Source: Gemmatimonadales bacterium (GTDB taxonomy: Bacteria > Gemmatimonadota > Gemmatimonadetes > Gemmatimonadales > GWC2-71-9). From it: a DNA stretch of 64,000 nt. Where the stretch lies: the NCBI GenBank assembly GCA_035488835.1, contig DATHKX010000073.1, positions 30,690-94,689 on the forward strand, given 5' to 3'. A program made the translations under genes and the position numbers. Positions 62,810 through 64,000 of the stretch are shown here, one piece after another. The stretch's first letter is position 1. Every line of letters begins with the position of its first letter. The notes under the pieces are model-generated. The model did no database searches and was not told the DNA's origin. It worked only from the letters and a program-made list of their open reading frames with translations.

Positions 62810-64000
62810 ATGCAACATCCGGTGAACCGACGCACCTTCCTCGAAGGCGCGGCGGCGGGCGCCGCGGCGCTCGCCTGGCCGGGCCGGACGCCCCTGGCGT
62901 CCCGCGGCCTCGACGACATTCAAACGGAGATCGAACGGCGTCACCAGGAGGCGGTCGCACGGCTGCAGCAGTGGATCCATCAGCCGTCCATCGCCGCGGA
63001 GAATAACGGGGTCACCGAAGGCTGTGATCTCACGATGCAGCTCTTGCGCGACGCCGGATTCAACCAGGTCACGAAGCTGCCCACCGACGGCCAGCCGGGG
63101 ATCTTCGCGACGCTCGACGCGGGCGCTCCGCGCACGCTGGGCGTCTATTTCATGTATGACGTGAAGCAAGTGGATCCCTCGGAATGGTCCTCGCCGCCGT
63201 GGGCTGCGTCGCTCGTCGAGAAACCGGGCCTGGGCACCGTGCTGGTCGGCCGGGGTGCCGTGAACCAAAAGGGCCCCGAAGCGTCGTTCCTCGCCGCACT
63301 CCACGCCGTCCGCGGTGCGGGCCGGAAACTCCCCGTGAACCTGGTGCTCGTGGCCGAAGGCGAGGAGGAGATCGGCTCGCCGCACTTCGCCCAGATCGTG
63401 CGCCGACCGGAGGTGCTCGCCGCGCTGCGGAACTCGATCGGCATCTTCATGCCTTCGGCCGCGCAGGAGCTCGACGGCAAGGTGATCATGACCCTCGGCG
63501 CCAAGGGCGTGATCGAGGTGGAGCTCGTCTCGAGCGGCGAGCGCTGGGGCCGGGGGCCGCAGCGCGACATCCACTCGAGCAACAAGGCGCGGGTGGACAG
63601 CCCGGCGTGGCACCTGGTCGAAGCCCTCGCGACCCTCGTCTCTCCCGACGGCAACGATCCCGCGATCGACGGGTTCGCCGACAAGGCGCGACCGCTCTCT
63701 CCATCGGAGAAGGCCATGATCGCGGAAGCGGCCAACCGTCTCGATGAGCAGGTGACCAAGCGCCAGATGGGCGTCGACCACTGGGTGCACGACGTGAGCT
63801 GGCGCGAGGCGCTCGAGCTCCTGATGTCGCGCCCCACCGTCAACATCGAAGGCCTCGTGGGCGGGTACACCGGGCCCGGTGGCAAGACCATCCTCCCGCA
63901 CCGGGCGGTCGCCAAACTCGACCTGCGACTCGTCCCCGACATGACGGCGGCCGAGGCACTCGCCGCCCTCAAGGCGCATCTGGCGAAACGCGGCTTCGGG
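62810..64000 (+). CDS. M20-family metallopeptidase/dipeptidase with a Tat-type signal; the 3' end lies outside the window
   Basis: Not in the ORF track because it is truncated. GAGG lies 5 nt before the ATG. Starts MQHPVNRRTFLEGAAAGAAALA. Also has GRGAVNQKGP and VAEGEEEIGSPHF. The frame stays open to position 64000. Confidence 0.85.
   Translation, partial: MQHPVNRRTFLEGAAAGAAALAWPGRTPLASRGLDDIQTEIERRHQEAVARLQQWIHQPSIAAENNGVTEGCDLTMQLLRDAGFNQVTKLPTDGQPGIFATLDAGAPRTLGVYFMYDVKQVDPSEWSSPPWAASLVEKPGLGTVLVGRGAVNQKGPEASFLAALHAVRGAGRKLPVNLVLVAEGEEEIGSPHFAQIVRRPEVLAALRNSIGIFMPSAAQELDGKVIMTLGAKGVIEVELVSSGERWGRGPQRDIHSSNKARVDSPAWHLVEALATLVSPDGNDPAIDGFADKARPLSPSEKAMIAEAANRLDEQVTKRQMGVDHWVHDVSWREALELLMSRPTVNIEGLVGGYTGPGGKTILPHRAVAKLDLRLVPDMTAAEALAALKAHLAKRGFG

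Noticed and set aside
1-64000. Search for CRISPR arrays, tRNA/rRNA genes, integrases, transposases, prophage, toxin-antitoxin or known defence-system genes
   Set aside because: No spaced direct-repeat arrays, no cloverleaf-like or rRNA-like conserved stretches, and no recombinase, nuclease or defence signature motifs were seen in any listed ORF. The only repeats are the heptamer hairpins and the short in-frame tandem repeats reported above.

Overview
The window is a visibly high-GC, densely coding bacterial chromosomal segment of about 60 genes. Many neighbouring genes have overlapping stop and start codons (ATGA, GTGA). I recognised no rRNA, tRNA, CRISPR array, transposase, integrase, phage gene or known defence gene, so it reads as core metabolic and regulatory DNA rather than an island. 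The gene content resembles Gemmatimonadota or Acidobacteriota; that is inference only.

Main blocks, left to right:
- ECF sigma / anti-sigma pair.
- A complete alternative complex III operon (actABCDEF), followed by a blue-copper lipoprotein.
- A seven-gene catabolic operon for an unidentified amino-acid derivative.
- pqqABCDE, including a 24-codon pqqA that is missing from the ORF track. Upstream sit a two-component system with an NtrC-type activator and a sigma-54-like promoter. Downstream, an ABC-2 exporter is translationally coupled to pqqE.
- A cluster with a family-5 binding protein, two Dpp-type permeases, a GHMP kinase and a heparinase II/III-like protein.
- A GH38 mannosidase, a YncE/phosphoesterase fusion and pgi.
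- A hybrid histidine kinase, then an FHA protein, a DRR-repeat miniprotein and a tandem pseudokinase-kinase.
- A long minus-strand gene string: PIG-L deacetylase, Fe3+-type ABC importer, MFS transporter, PafA-like phosphatase and a second ABC-2 exporter.
- A zinc-ribbon/scramblase-like protein paired with a rhomboid protease, then an acyl-CoA dehydrogenase and an M20 peptidase.

Observations most worth follow-up:
- The sigma-54 and enhancer-site architecture upstream of pqqA.
- The pqqE-coupled exporter.
- A family of hairpin elements built from tandem 7-nt units (CGGAANG) that begin immediately after TAA stop codons.

I found no unambiguous novel multi-gene system. All functional calls rest on motif recognition by eye. 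Start codons are best guesses and may be off by several codons.
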